Shown here piece by piece: positions 10,103 to 19,597 of a stretch of 64,000 bases of DNA. The stretch spans positions 128,091 to 192,090 of the forward strand of contig CAZQHP010000001.1 in NCBI GenBank assembly GCA_964593805.1, in the 5' to 3' direction. Origin of the DNA: an uncultured Candidatus Saccharibacteria bacterium. GTDB lineage: Bacteria > Patescibacteriota > Saccharimonadia > Saccharimonadales > JBBQAJ01. A model generated the notes under the pieces. It was not told the origin of the DNA, ran no database searches, and saw only the letters and a program-made list of their open reading frames with translations. Positions within the stretch are counted from its first letter, which is position 1. Each line of letters starts with the position of its first letter. Made by a program: the position numbers and the translations under genes.

Positions 10103-10541
10103 CTTTAGTATTTTTGATGCCCAGGACTGGAAAATCGGCATAGTAGTGGCACAGTTTAACCGGCATATAACCGAAAAACAGTACCAAAGTGCTCTGGAAA
10201 TGGCAGAAAAATACCATATTCCCCCAGAAAATATCACTACCATCCGCGTGGCCGGAGCGATTGAAATCCCGCTAGCTCTGCAAAAACTGGCGAAAAGCGG
10301 CCAGTACCAAGCACTGCTGGCACTCGGCTGCATTATCCAGGGAGAAACGCCGCACTTTGACTACGTGGCTAAATATGTAACAGAGGGAATCTTGCGGGTT
10401 CAGCTGGACCATTCCACCAGCATTGGCTTCGGTATCTTGACCTGTAACAACGAACAGCAAGCCATAGACAGAACTCAATTAGCTGGCGAACATCTGGAAG
10501 CTGCGCTACAGCAAGCCAAGGCTCTGAACACCTTGGCATAA
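10077..10541 (+). CDS. ribH: 6,7-dimethyl-8-ribityllumazine synthase
   Basis: 154 aa. 'KIGIVVAQFN...VAGAIEIPLA...ALGCIIQGETPHFDYV' is the typical RibH core. Confidence 0.85.
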   Translation: MMQHAKQANFSIFDAQDWKIGIVVAQFNRHITEKQYQSALEMAEKYHIPPENITTIRVAGAIEIPLALQKLAKSGQYQALLALGCIIQGETPHFDYVAKYVTEGILRVQLDHSTSIGFGILTCNNEQQAIDRTQLAGEHLEAALQQAKALNTLA

Positions 10542-10629
10542 CCACACTACCCCTAGTGTGCTTATGTATACAAAACTACTACATGTAGCGTACTGATAGC
10601 GTGCTAAACTACTAGACAGTTCTTTATTA

Positions 10630-10790
10630 ATACAAAAAGCTGGAATCCCGTGCAATTCGGGAACTGTGCCGCAACGGTTTACCCTGAGCTTGTCGAAGGG
10701 TGATAGTCCGATACAGCTTATTAAGCCTCCCGAGCAGGAGCAATGAAGCTGCCTTCATACCCTTGCTCCCCAGGAGAGCGAGGGTTTTTT
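10630..10790 (+). promoter_or_regulatory. candidate cobalamin (B12) riboswitch with an intrinsic-terminator expression platform
   Basis: 'GGAATCCCGTGCAATTCGGGAACTGTGCCGCAACGGT' matches the conserved cobalamin-riboswitch core (compare 'GGGAATCCAGTGCGAATCTGGAGCTGACGCGCAGCGGTAAGG' in E. coli btuB). It is followed by the B12-box-like 'CCCTG...GAAGGGTGA' and 'AGTCCGATACAGC'. Then comes the hairpin CCCTTGCTC/GAGCGAGGG plus T6 at 10760-10790. Confidence 0.5.
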
Positions 10791-11952
10791 GGAAGCAATA
10801 GCATTTCAGCCAAATATAACTGAACAGCGTCAAGAGCAACTTGAAGCACACTACGACGCCATAACGCAGTTTAGTGAATTGGTAGACGGCAGTATGCGTA
10901 CATCGTTTGAGCTCAGTTTCGATGGTCAAGAATTATTTGGCCAAGATGGGCGGGCACTTGGAGATGTCACTCAAGATGCATTATACGAAGCCAAGCGAAT
11001 TGTAAAAAACAACCCAAACTTGTGGTTTGAAATCCGACGCCGAAGCCTAGAAGCTGAAGAAATAAAACTAGCTCGCCAAATGGCTCGTGGCGAATTGCCC
11101 AACACCATGATTATTCCGTCTGATTTTCCTGCAGAACTTGAAGATTCAAAGGAAGATATTGGTGGTTACAACATCACACGAAAACAAACCATGCTACGTG
11201 TGTTGGCTCTCAAGCCTGACGGCAATATCCAGTTGTATTCACAAAGTCTGGATGGCTCTGACAGAACGTCGCTAGAAGCGATATATGCTCATTTTGGCCA
11301 GATGCCGGAGCCAGGCGAGTTACTCGGCCAGCGTATTCACGTTGATCTGTCACCTGATGAGCAGGTTGACTTGGTTGATCGCTTGACGGGTATATATGAC
11401 CGTAGCATGTCCTCTAATTACGGTGGTGAATGGTATGCGGGTCGTCGTCCGGCTGACTATCGGAATACCTATGATTTTGTATGTAAACAAAATGACTTAG
11501 TAAGCGAATGCGTACGACTAAGGTTGTCTAATGAACTAACCGACAGGCGTATGTACGACCTAGCAGCTACTATGCAAAAACGCTTTAAAGCAAAAAAACA
11601 AATCGCCGGTAGTTCATGGGCATACTCAGTACCAATTTCTTCAGAATTGCTACATCATGAAATTAAGGTTGCCGGTACAGAAGCCAGGGAGCGAGGTGAT
11701 ACATTTAGCTCATGCGGGGGGACGCTAAAATCTGAAGATTTCGATCAATCAACAGAAAATCAACTGGAATTATCTGGATATGGCAATAAGAGTTCAGAAG
11801 ACGACGATTGTGTATATATTTCCAAAAAATGTCCGGAATGCGGAATTAAAAACGTTAGAACTACAGTTAGTAAAATAAAAGGAACGAATAAAAAAAACAT
11901 TAGCGGAAGCTGTGGTTGCTCAATAACCGTCACAATTAAGAACGTAGTATGA
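10789..11952 (+). CDS. hypothetical protein with a C-terminal Cys-rich zinc-ribbon-like tail
   Basis: 387-aa ORF with no family I recognise. The tail reads 'CVYISKKCPECG...GSCGC'. The start is ambiguous: TTG at 10789 lies inside the terminator U-tract just after GAGGG, and the first ATG is at 10894. The stop overlaps the nadD start (ATGA). Confidence 0.55.
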   Translation: MEAIAFQPNITEQRQEQLEAHYDAITQFSELVDGSMRTSFELSFDGQELFGQDGRALGDVTQDALYEAKRIVKNNPNLWFEIRRRSLEAEEIKLARQMARGELPNTMIIPSDFPAELEDSKEDIGGYNITRKQTMLRVLALKPDGNIQLYSQSLDGSDRTSLEAIYAHFGQMPEPGELLGQRIHVDLSPDEQVDLVDRLTGIYDRSMSSNYGGEWYAGRRPADYRNTYDFVCKQNDLVSECVRLRLSNELTDRRMYDLAATMQKRFKAKKQIAGSSWAYSVPISSELLHHEIKVAGTEARERGDTFSSCGGTLKSEDFDQSTENQLELSGYGNKSSEDDDCVYISKKCPECGIKNVRTTVSKIKGTNKKNISGSCGCSITVTIKNVV

Positions 11953-12551
11953 AGCGAATTGGGATTTTCGCGGGGACATTTGATCCGATACATGATGGGC
12001 ACATCGCTTTTGCCTATGCCGCGCTTGGGCAGGGGCTAGAAAAAGTTATGTTCCTGCCGGAACCGCGGCCGCGGCGCAAGCAGGGGGTGCGGGCTTTGGA
12101 ACACCGCATAGCTATGGTTCAGCTAGCCGTTGCCGACGAACCGCGTTTTGGCACGATTGTGCTGGAACAAGCCCGGTTTACGCCGCATGAAACTCTGCCG
12201 CTGCTGCAAGCCCGATTTGCCGGGTACAAACTGGTGCTGCTATTTGGCGATGACGTGATTGCCCACATTGCCCACTGGCAGCACGTTGAATCATTGCTAG
12301 GCGCCAGCGAACTAATCATTGCCAGCCGCCACCAAAACACTGCCGCGTTGGAAGCAACACTAAAAACGCTTCAAAAAACTCGCGGTTTTAAATTTGATTA
12401 TCAAATCGTCCATACTGAAAAAGAAGAAATAACTTCTTCAAAAGCTCGCCTGGACATCAAACGTGACAAAACCGTTATTGGCTTAAACCCAAGAGTTCTT
12501 GAGTATATAAAAAATCAGCGTCTTTACTCCGCAGACACAGACTCGTCTTGA
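11949..12551 (+). CDS. nadD: nicotinate-nucleotide adenylyltransferase
   Basis: 'IGIFAGTFDPIHDGH' is the (H/T)xGH nucleotidyltransferase motif. The 200-aa size is typical of NadD. Confidence 0.85.
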   Translation: MKRIGIFAGTFDPIHDGHIAFAYAALGQGLEKVMFLPEPRPRRKQGVRALEHRIAMVQLAVADEPRFGTIVLEQARFTPHETLPLLQARFAGYKLVLLFGDDVIAHIAHWQHVESLLGASELIIASRHQNTAALEATLKTLQKTRGFKFDYQIVHTEKEEITSSKARLDIKRDKTVIGLNPRVLEYIKNQRLYSADTDSS

Positions 12552-14215
12552 GATTGCAGGGCAGCCAAGTGCTTTTCCCTAAAATGGTTAAATTCGCTTT
12601 TTTTGAGTCCGCTTTTGCGGATAAATGAGCTGATTTTTTCGCTGCCAATGTAATGCGGAATCATGACGTACGTAGCACCGAGTTCGTAGAGCTGCAAAGC
12701 TTCTTCGCGGGTTACGGCATGGCAGATAATCACTGCTCCAGGGTTGGCATTATGTATATTCCTGACTAGCTGCTGGGAGACTTCAAAATCCGAAAAGGTA
12801 CTGATAGCAAGCATTGTAGAGTCAATATTGATTTCGTCTAATAGCTCCGTGTCGGTAGCGTCGCCGTAGATATAAGGTATATCCTGTCGTTCGAGCGTAT
12901 CAATCACTGCTGGGTCGTAGTCGATAACGAGGTATCTTTTGCCAATTTGCTTGAAAGCCTTAATAAACTCGTGGCCCCCCTGGTGATAACCAAACAATAC
13001 TAGCGGGTAACCAGCCCGCCGGCGCTTTTCTTTGTAAACCACTTCTTTTTCAAACATGTGCAGTTTCAACCGATCAAATTGGCTAAATAACTCGTCGTCG
13101 TAATGCATCAGATAGGTTGAAGTGGCTATGGTAATTATTGCCACTAGCGTAATGACAGCGCTTATTTCCTGGCGTACTAAACCGGCGCCGGCAGCCAGCA
13201 CAATCAGCACAATCGAAAACTCGCTAATCTGAGACAGGTTAACGCCAGCCTTGAAACTAACGCGCTTGGTATAGCCAAGCATACCCGCGACGGTGGTTAT
13301 GGTGAACGGCTTCGCCACAATGACAATTGCTGACAATATGAGCGCCGGCCCAATACCCGCCGCCAGATTCGTAAGGTTCAAACTTTCGCCCAGTGTTATA
13401 AAAAACAGCACCACAAAGAAATCTCTAAGCGGTTTGAGTCTAGATGCAATCTCTTGGGCGTATGGCGACGAAGCCAGCGCGACGCCGCCAAACAGGGCGC
13501 CTACTTCAATGGAAAAACCCGACCACTCAAACAGGTTGGCTATGCCAAAGCCCCAGGCAATTGCAAACAAGAAAAGCAGTTCCTGGGAACTGGCCATGTA
13601 TTTGGAAATCCGTGGCAAAATCCTCGTACGGCACAAAGCAAGGCCTGCCACCAACAGAATGCCTTTGCCCAGTAGCACTCCAACTTCCTGCAGCTGCAGC
13701 CCGCCGCCTTGCCCGGCCACGATAAACAGCAGTGCAAAAGTTGCGACTAAGTCGTCCAGCAGGATTACGCCGATGGCAATCTGCCCGTGCAGCCGGTTCT
13801 GTTCTTTTTTATCAGACAGAATTTTTACGATAATAATTGTGCTGCTGAAGAAAAGCGACAGCCCAACAATCAGCGATTCGGTCCGGGTGAAGCCCAAAAA
13901 CGAACTGGCCGTAAAGCCGAGCGTGCCTACGGTTACCAAAGACGCGCTGGTAATTAAAAATATAACTCTTCCCAATTTTCGGAGTTCGGAGATATTCATG
14001 CCCAGGCCAATAATGAAAAGCAGTAGCGCAATACCAAGTTTTGAATACGCCTCAAAAGTTTCGGTGGAATGAATCAGCCCGAGCGCGGAAGGCCCTACCA
14101 AAAGTCCAGACAAAATATAGCCCAGAATCAGCGGCTGCCGAAGGAATTTCATGAACAGCGATACGGTCGTAGCTAGAACGATAACCAGGCTTAATTCCGC
14201 GAAGGCGCCCTGCAT
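12524..14215 (-). CDS. monovalent cation:proton antiporter (CPA2/Kef-type) with a C-terminal RCK/TrkA-N-like domain
   Basis: 563 aa. Has about 12 TM segments of Na_H_Exchanger type, then a soluble 'LVLFGYHQGGHEFIKAF...' Rossmann-like tail. Confidence 0.8.
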   Translation of the reverse strand: MQGAFAELSLVIVLATTVSLFMKFLRQPLILGYILSGLLVGPSALGLIHSTETFEAYSKLGIALLLFIIGLGMNISELRKLGRVIFLITSASLVTVGTLGFTASSFLGFTRTESLIVGLSLFFSSTIIIVKILSDKKEQNRLHGQIAIGVILLDDLVATFALLFIVAGQGGGLQLQEVGVLLGKGILLVAGLALCRTRILPRISKYMASSQELLFLFAIAWGFGIANLFEWSGFSIEVGALFGGVALASSPYAQEIASRLKPLRDFFVVLFFITLGESLNLTNLAAGIGPALILSAIVIVAKPFTITTVAGMLGYTKRVSFKAGVNLSQISEFSIVLIVLAAGAGLVRQEISAVITLVAIITIATSTYLMHYDDELFSQFDRLKLHMFEKEVVYKEKRRRAGYPLVLFGYHQGGHEFIKAFKQIGKRYLVIDYDPAVIDTLERQDIPYIYGDATDTELLDEINIDSTMLAISTFSDFEVSQQLVRNIHNANPGAVIICHAVTREEALQLYELGATYVMIPHYIGSEKISSFIRKSGLKKSEFNHFREKHLAALQSQDESVSAE

Positions 14216-14310
14216 TTAGCATTTCTCCTTGGCGATTTTTTGAGCGCTAGTCATTTGCGTTTTACCCTTAATGCTTGTATTCTACAACAAATAAGGATAA
14301 GCATCAAAAC

Positions 14311-14739
14311 ATGAAAGACATCTTTCGAAGATTGGCAAATAAAATATCAGCCGGAGCTGGGAGTGCTTGGGCTTTTTTGCTGGCCTTTGGTATCGTTGGC
14401 GCGTGGGCAGTCACAGGACCGGCGTTTGATTTTTCTAGCACTTGGCAACTTGTTATAAACACCGGGACAACCATCGTGACCTTCCTAATGGTGTTCTTGA
14501 TTCAAAACACCCAGAACCGTGACGGCAAAGCTTTGCAGCTAAAACTGGATGAATTAATTCGCAGTAGCGTCCCAGCTCGGGATAACTTTGTAGACGTAGA
14601 AGATTTGAGCGACGAGGAGCTAGATGAGCTAGACAAAGAATTCAAGCACATACACGAATTGTATGAAAATCAGGCGCCGCCCAGTATACATAAACTGCAC
14701 AAAAAAATCGTAGCCGCCAGAACCAGTCGGCAGAAATAG
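14311..14739 (+). CDS. low-affinity iron permease family protein (Fet4-like/PF04120-like)
   Basis: 'GSAWAFLLAFGIVGAWAVTGPAFDFSSTWQLVINTGTTIVTFLMVFLIQNTQNRD...LQLKLDELIR'. The track start is TTG at 14275. The ATG at 14311 has AAGGA upstream. Confidence 0.6.
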   Translation: MKDIFRRLANKISAGAGSAWAFLLAFGIVGAWAVTGPAFDFSSTWQLVINTGTTIVTFLMVFLIQNTQNRDGKALQLKLDELIRSSVPARDNFVDVEDLSDEELDELDKEFKHIHELYENQAPPSIHKLHKKIVAARTSRQK

Positions 14740-14777
14740 CAAAGTCCTATATACTCTAGTTTATATAGAGTTCGTGT

Positions 14778-16058
14778 ATGAAAATCAGAAAAAAACTCCA
14801 GTCAATCAACATCAACATTAATCCGATTACAGTCGCGGACATCCTGTTTCGTAAAGACAAGCGGACAGAGATGTTCCTGAGCCTTGACGACAGCAAACGT
14901 CTGGAACTAATCAATTCGGTTACGACAAGCGTTAAAAAAGACATCCTACAGCGCATACCAGACGAAGACGTGGTCAAACTGCTGGAGGCACTTGACCCCA
15001 GCGATGCTACCGACTTACTACAACTGCTTACCAGTGGCAAACGCGAAAAAGTGCTGGAACTTGTAAGTACCGGACTGCAGGATTCACTGTCCACGTTGCT
15101 AGAATTTGACCCAGAGACCGCTGCCGGACTCATGACCCTGGACTACGTACAAGTTGATTTTGAAGACAACGTATCAAACGTCGCCAAAAAGTTCAAACAG
15201 CACGAAAAGACCACCGGCCGGCTGCCGGTAATCTTGGTGCTAAAAGAGGAAAAACTGGTTGGTTTTCTCCCCGTCCACGAGCTCGGCTTTGCTAGTCGCA
15301 GTGAACTGATTGGCAAATACGTCAAGCGCGTACCAACTATTTCCTACGCCGCGACGCACAATGACGTTCTGGCAAAGTTTCAGGCTCATCCACACAGCAA
15401 AGTCGCCGTGCTCAATGACGCGGGCAATGTACTTGGCATCATCTATTCCGACGACATTTTAAAAATTATGCAAAAACATGAAGCCTCCAGCCTGTACGAC
15501 TTTGCTGGTATCCGCGACGAAGAAAGTGTCACAGACAGTGCTCGTCGCAAAGTAAAAAACCGCTACCGCTGGCTGGTTATCAACCTAGCCACTGGTTTTT
15601 TGGCGGCTTTCACGGTTGGACTTTTTGAAGAAACGCTCAGTAAATACGTACTGCTAGCAATTTACATGCCCATCGTTGCTGGTATGGGCGGAAATGCCGC
15701 CACTCAAACTCTAGCTGTCCAGGTGCGCGGTATCGCGCTGAAGCAAATTGAGCTTAAGAACGCATGGAAAACGCTCAGAAACGAACTGGGCGCCGGTCTT
15801 ATTAACGGCGTTATCAACGGCGTGCTCGTCGCGGCGGTCGTCATACTCATAAGCCGTGACTATAAAATTGCTTTTATTTTGGCCGTAGCAATGGTTGTTA
15901 ACCTATTGGTGGCTGCACTATTTGGCACAATTGTACCGCTCGTCATGTCAAAACTCGGCAAAGACCCGGCGGCTTCAGCGACCATATTTATTACCACGGC
16001 CACAGACGTGTTAGGTTTTCTGGCGTTTCTTGGTTTGGCCACGCTGGTGCTTGCCTAA
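14778..16058 (+). CDS. mgtE: magnesium transporter MgtE
   Basis: N-domain, CBS pair and a C-terminal TM domain with 'PIVAGMGGNAATQTLAV' and 'ATDVLGFLAFLGLA'. Confidence 0.9.
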   Translation: MKIRKKLQSINININPITVADILFRKDKRTEMFLSLDDSKRLELINSVTTSVKKDILQRIPDEDVVKLLEALDPSDATDLLQLLTSGKREKVLELVSTGLQDSLSTLLEFDPETAAGLMTLDYVQVDFEDNVSNVAKKFKQHEKTTGRLPVILVLKEEKLVGFLPVHELGFASRSELIGKYVKRVPTISYAATHNDVLAKFQAHPHSKVAVLNDAGNVLGIIYSDDILKIMQKHEASSLYDFAGIRDEESVTDSARRKVKNRYRWLVINLATGFLAAFTVGLFEETLSKYVLLAIYMPIVAGMGGNAATQTLAVQVRGIALKQIELKNAWKTLRNELGAGLINGVINGVLVAAVVILISRDYKIAFILAVAMVVNLLVAALFGTIVPLVMSKLGKDPAASATIFITTATDVLGFLAFLGLATLVLA

Positions 16059-16341
16059 AAATTGGTTGACAAGCCCATGACGCTTATGCGAAAATACCAT
16101 TACTTCAAGATGTAGATTATCTCTGCACCAAAAGAAGACAAAAACTTACAATTTAAAAAATAGAGACCAGTCTGTGAGAGGCAAGGGTTTTTAGGGGAGA
16201 GGTTAACTAGGCGTATGCCTGTAAAAATTAAAATAATTCAAAATAGGGGGATATCCCGCGTGGAAGTCAAAGTTCGCCGTCCAAAGTGGCAGCAATTCCT
16301 AAACTACTAGCAAACAGCAACTGCTGGCAGCTGACAGCTAA

Positions 16342-16366
16342 AGACTACTGAGAAGTAGTCTTTTTT
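16342..16366 (+). terminator. intrinsic terminator hairpin (possibly bidirectional) overlapping the last codons of the DsbA-like gene
   Basis: AGACTACT-gaga-AGTAGTCT is a perfect 8-bp stem followed by TTTTTT on the + strand, with an A-run on the other side. Confidence 0.55.
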
Positions 16367-16995
16367 GCGGCTATGGCGTCATCAATCAGTTTGCTAAAAT
16401 CTTCCAAACTGCGAGGGCTTTCTTCAACTTTTTTGCCGTCCAATACAAAAGTTGGCGTACCGCTAGCCCCTAGTTTTTTACCTTCGGCAATGTCGGCGTT
16501 TATCTTGTCGTTTGTTTCTTGGCTGGCAGCATCGGTTTTGAATTTGGCTACGTCCAGCCCAAGCTGCTGGGCGTAATTTTCAAAAAACGCTGCCGCATTG
16601 CTGACTTCTTTCCATTCGTCCTGGGTCTGGTAGAGTTTGTTATACATATCCCAAAACTTTCCTTGTTTGTCAGCGGCTTCAGCGGCCCGGTGCGCCGCAA
16701 AAGCATTTTGGTGAATCTGGACTAGCGGGAAATTGCGGAACTGAAATGTAATTTTATCCTTATATTTTTCAACCACTTGTTCGACTATAGGGTAGTACTG
16801 CAGGCAGGCCGGACACTGGAAGTCCCCATATTCGGCCAGAACCACGCCACTCGTATTGCTGCCCCTGATGTGATTGGTCGGTTGGGCGCTGGAACTGCTT
16901 CCATTGCCCGAATTGTTTTTATTTTTGGTAAAAGCGAAAGCGCCTACAACCACCGCCATAACTACTAGTAAGGTTACGAAAAATCGATTGCTCAT
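16345..16995 (-). CDS. DsbA-family thiol:disulfide oxidoreductase, membrane-anchored
   Basis: N-terminal TM helix, 'CPAC' active site and a thioredoxin-like fold pattern ('GTPTFVLDGK'). Confidence 0.8.
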   Translation of the reverse strand: MSNRFFVTLLVVMAVVVGAFAFTKNKNNSGNGSSSSAQPTNHIRGSNTSGVVLAEYGDFQCPACLQYYPIVEQVVEKYKDKITFQFRNFPLVQIHQNAFAAHRAAEAADKQGKFWDMYNKLYQTQDEWKEVSNAAAFFENYAQQLGLDVAKFKTDAASQETNDKINADIAEGKKLGASGTPTFVLDGKKVEESPRSLEDFSKLIDDAIAAKKTTSQ

Positions 16996-17196
16996 ACACT
17001 CCCAAGTTTATCGTTATTTATATTACCACGCATTATGCGCTTTTCCCTCGTCTCAGCCTGCACCTGACCGGCTACAAGCTTTCATTCCTCGCTCTATATA
17101 ACTAAGGTTATGCCTCGCTCGGGCTGAAAGCTTTCGCTCGCTCAACTGCATACTGGCCTCAAGGACTAAGCGCAAAATGCGTGATACCATGGATAT

Positions 17197-18249
17197 ATGC
17201 AAACAATCTTAACAGTATTGCTGGCCGTATTGACTCTGCTATCCGTTAGTTTGCAGCGCACTTATTCCCGTGTACCTCTAAAAGAGCTCAAACACCGGGC
17301 CCGGCACGGCGACGAACTGGCGGCGGCGATTATGAAAGCGGCGGGTTACGGGCATTCTTTGCGGGCGGTTTTATGGTTTCTGATAGGTGTAACCAGTGCC
17401 AGCTTTTTTGTGTTTGTGTCTTCCACGGCGCCCGTCTGGTTTGCGCTTAGCGCCAGCATCATGCTGGTCTGGGTGGGTTTTGTGCTGATTCCAGCCGCCA
17501 GGGTTACGTTTATAAGCCAGCGGCTGGCAGTATGGTGCGCAACGCCACTGGCTAAAATTTTGGCTGTTTTGCACCCTGTTATCGACTGGCTATTGCGGTT
17601 TATACATCGCCATCGCCCGCTGCACATCCACACCGGTCTGTACGACCGGCGCGATTTGATTGATTTGCTAGAGCAGCAATATGTGCAGCCCGACAACCGG
17701 ATTGAAAAGGCCGAGCTGGAAATTGCTCTGCACGCCCTGACTTTTGGCGATGACTCTGTTGCCGAACACATGACCCCGCGTCGCATGGTAAAAGCGGTAA
17801 ACGCGGACGAACCGCTCGGGCCGATTGTGATGGACGAACTGCATGGTTCCAGCCATTCCCGGTTCCCGGTATACGAAGGCGAACAAGACAACGTGGTCGG
17901 CACGCTGTATCTGCGGGATTTGGTGCGGGAAAAGCATAGTGGCACCGTGCGCACGCTCATGAAGCCCGACGTATCGTATATTCACGAAGACCAGTCATTG
18001 CACGACGCCCTGCAGGCAATTTTGCGAACCCATCGCCATCTGTTTATTGTGGTTAATAGCTTTGAAGAATACGTTGGCATCATCACCATTGAAGACGTGC
18101 TGGAAGCAGTGATAGGCTCGCCAATAATTGATGAATTTGACCAATACGACGACCTCCGCGCCGTAGCCGCCCGCGCCGCCAAAAAAGAACACAAAGACCA
18201 CCAGGAAGTAGCCTCATCTGTTGAAACAGAGGAACCCGTGATAGAATAG
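17197..18249 (+). CDS. CNNM/CorB-type (DUF21 + CBS pair) putative Mg/Co efflux or hemolysin-like membrane protein
   Basis: N-terminal 4-TM DUF21-like region followed by tandem CBS ('HSRFPVYEGEQDNVVGTLYLRDL...IITIEDVLEAVIG'). Confidence 0.75.
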   Translation: MQTILTVLLAVLTLLSVSLQRTYSRVPLKELKHRARHGDELAAAIMKAAGYGHSLRAVLWFLIGVTSASFFVFVSSTAPVWFALSASIMLVWVGFVLIPAARVTFISQRLAVWCATPLAKILAVLHPVIDWLLRFIHRHRPLHIHTGLYDRRDLIDLLEQQYVQPDNRIEKAELEIALHALTFGDDSVAEHMTPRRMVKAVNADEPLGPIVMDELHGSSHSRFPVYEGEQDNVVGTLYLRDLVREKHSGTVRTLMKPDVSYIHEDQSLHDALQAILRTHRHLFIVVNSFEEYVGIITIEDVLEAVIGSPIIDEFDQYDDLRAVAARAAKKEHKDHQEVASSVETEEPVIE

Positions 18250-18254
18250 TTCAG

Positions 18255-19565
18255 ATGAGAACACTTGCGCGAGACCTAAAAAACCACATTGGTAAAACGG
18301 TTGAAATCCAGGGCTGGGTGCACAAAAAGCGCATGCTTGGCGGATTGAACTTTATTAATTTGCGCGACCGTAGCGGTCTAGTGCAGATGGTGGTAGAAGA
18401 CAAAAAAGAAGTAGAAAAACTTCGCGGTCTGCAAATCGGCACCGTACTAAAAGTCACCGGCAAAGTTTTTGAAGAACCACGCGCGCCAGGCGGAGCGGAA
18501 TTACGCCAGCCTACGCTCGAAGTATTGGTGGCGGTGACAGATGAACCTCCTGTAGAAATTGACAAACCGCTGAGCCACAAGCCGGAAAACCTGGACACTC
18601 TGTTTGACAACCGGGTGATTGGCCTGCGCAATTTGCAGGAACAAACCATTTTCAAAGTCCAAGCTAAAGTGTTAGAAGCCGCCCGTGAATACTTTAAGCA
18701 GAACGATTTTACAGAAATGAACACGCCAAAACTGCTGGCAGAAGCTACAGAAGGCGGCGCCGAAGTTTTCAAACTGGATTATTTTGGCAAAACGGCTACT
18801 CTGGCCCAGTCCGCACAGTTTTATAAACAGATGATGGTTGGCGTTTTTGAGCGTGTCTATGAAACCAATCCTACGTACCGGGCCGAACCGAGCGCCACCA
18901 CCCGCCACATGACCGAATACATCACCATAGACGCGGAAATGGGGTTCATAGAATTTGACGACTTGCTGGAATTTTCCAGCGGCTTTTTAAACCACATTGT
19001 AGACAGCGTGTGGGCTGAGTATGGCAATGAGCTGAAAAAGTGGAACACCCACAAACCCGTTCTGACCAAGCAAATCCCCCAAATTCCCATGGCACAGGTA
19101 CACGAACTGTACACCAAAGCCACCAAAATCCCCATAACAGATGAAAAAGACCTCACACCGGACGAAGAGCGTTGGATTTGTGATCATGCCAAGAAATCTC
19201 TGGGCAGTGAAGCGGTGCTTATAACCGGGTGGCCGTCCAGCAGTATGAAGTTCTACCACCGTAAAAACGCCGAAAATCCCGAACTGGCCGACCGGTCAGA
19301 CTTGTTGTTCAGGGGCGTAGAAATCGCCACCATACCCATGCGCGAACACCGCTACGAAGTGCTAGTAGAGCAGCTCAAAACCTTTGTCCAAGGCGACCCC
19401 GAAAGCCCTGGCTTCAAACCCTACCTCAGTGCGTTCAAATACGGTCTGCCGCCCCATGGCGGCTTTGGCTGGGGCTTAGAGCGCACGGTAGAAAAATTAA
19501 TTGGCCTCAACAACATCAAAGAAGCCACGCTGTTCCCGCGAGATATCAACCGTCTGGCACCGTAA
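18255..19565 (+). CDS. aspS: aspartate--tRNA ligase, short type-2 (archaeal-like) form; could be the non-discriminating Asp/Asn type
   Basis: 436 aa. Has an N-terminal OB fold ('VEIQGWVHKKRMLGGLNFINLRDRSG') and class II motifs ('FRAEPSATTRHMTEY', 'GGFGWGLERTVEKL', 'FPRDINRLAP'). Confidence 0.8.
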   Translation: MRTLARDLKNHIGKTVEIQGWVHKKRMLGGLNFINLRDRSGLVQMVVEDKKEVEKLRGLQIGTVLKVTGKVFEEPRAPGGAELRQPTLEVLVAVTDEPPVEIDKPLSHKPENLDTLFDNRVIGLRNLQEQTIFKVQAKVLEAAREYFKQNDFTEMNTPKLLAEATEGGAEVFKLDYFGKTATLAQSAQFYKQMMVGVFERVYETNPTYRAEPSATTRHMTEYITIDAEMGFIEFDDLLEFSSGFLNHIVDSVWAEYGNELKKWNTHKPVLTKQIPQIPMAQVHELYTKATKIPITDEKDLTPDEERWICDHAKKSLGSEAVLITGWPSSSMKFYHRKNAENPELADRSDLLFRGVEIATIPMREHRYEVLVEQLKTFVQGDPESPGFKPYLSAFKYGLPPHGGFGWGLERTVEKLIGLNNIKEATLFPRDINRLAP

Positions 19566-19597
19566 TCGAAAGTCAATTCGAAAAATGCTTTGAACTA

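Noticed and set aside
10627-10929. 100-aa minus-strand ORF spanning the riboswitch region
   Set aside because: It overlaps the riboswitch-like element, the terminator and the 5' end of the + strand ORF. It has no SD and a poor composition.
13293-14072. 259-aa plus-strand ORF and several 65-93-aa ORFs inside 12524..14215
   Set aside because: These are shadow ORFs antisense to the CPA2 antiporter. Their Ser/Pro/Ala-rich sequence has no domain-like pattern.
17346-18772. Minus-strand ORFs of 204, 105, 70 and 173 aa overlapping the CNNM/CBS and aspS genes
   Set aside because: They are antisense to genes with clear family motifs, and their Arg/Ser/Cys-rich composition is unlike real proteins of this genome.
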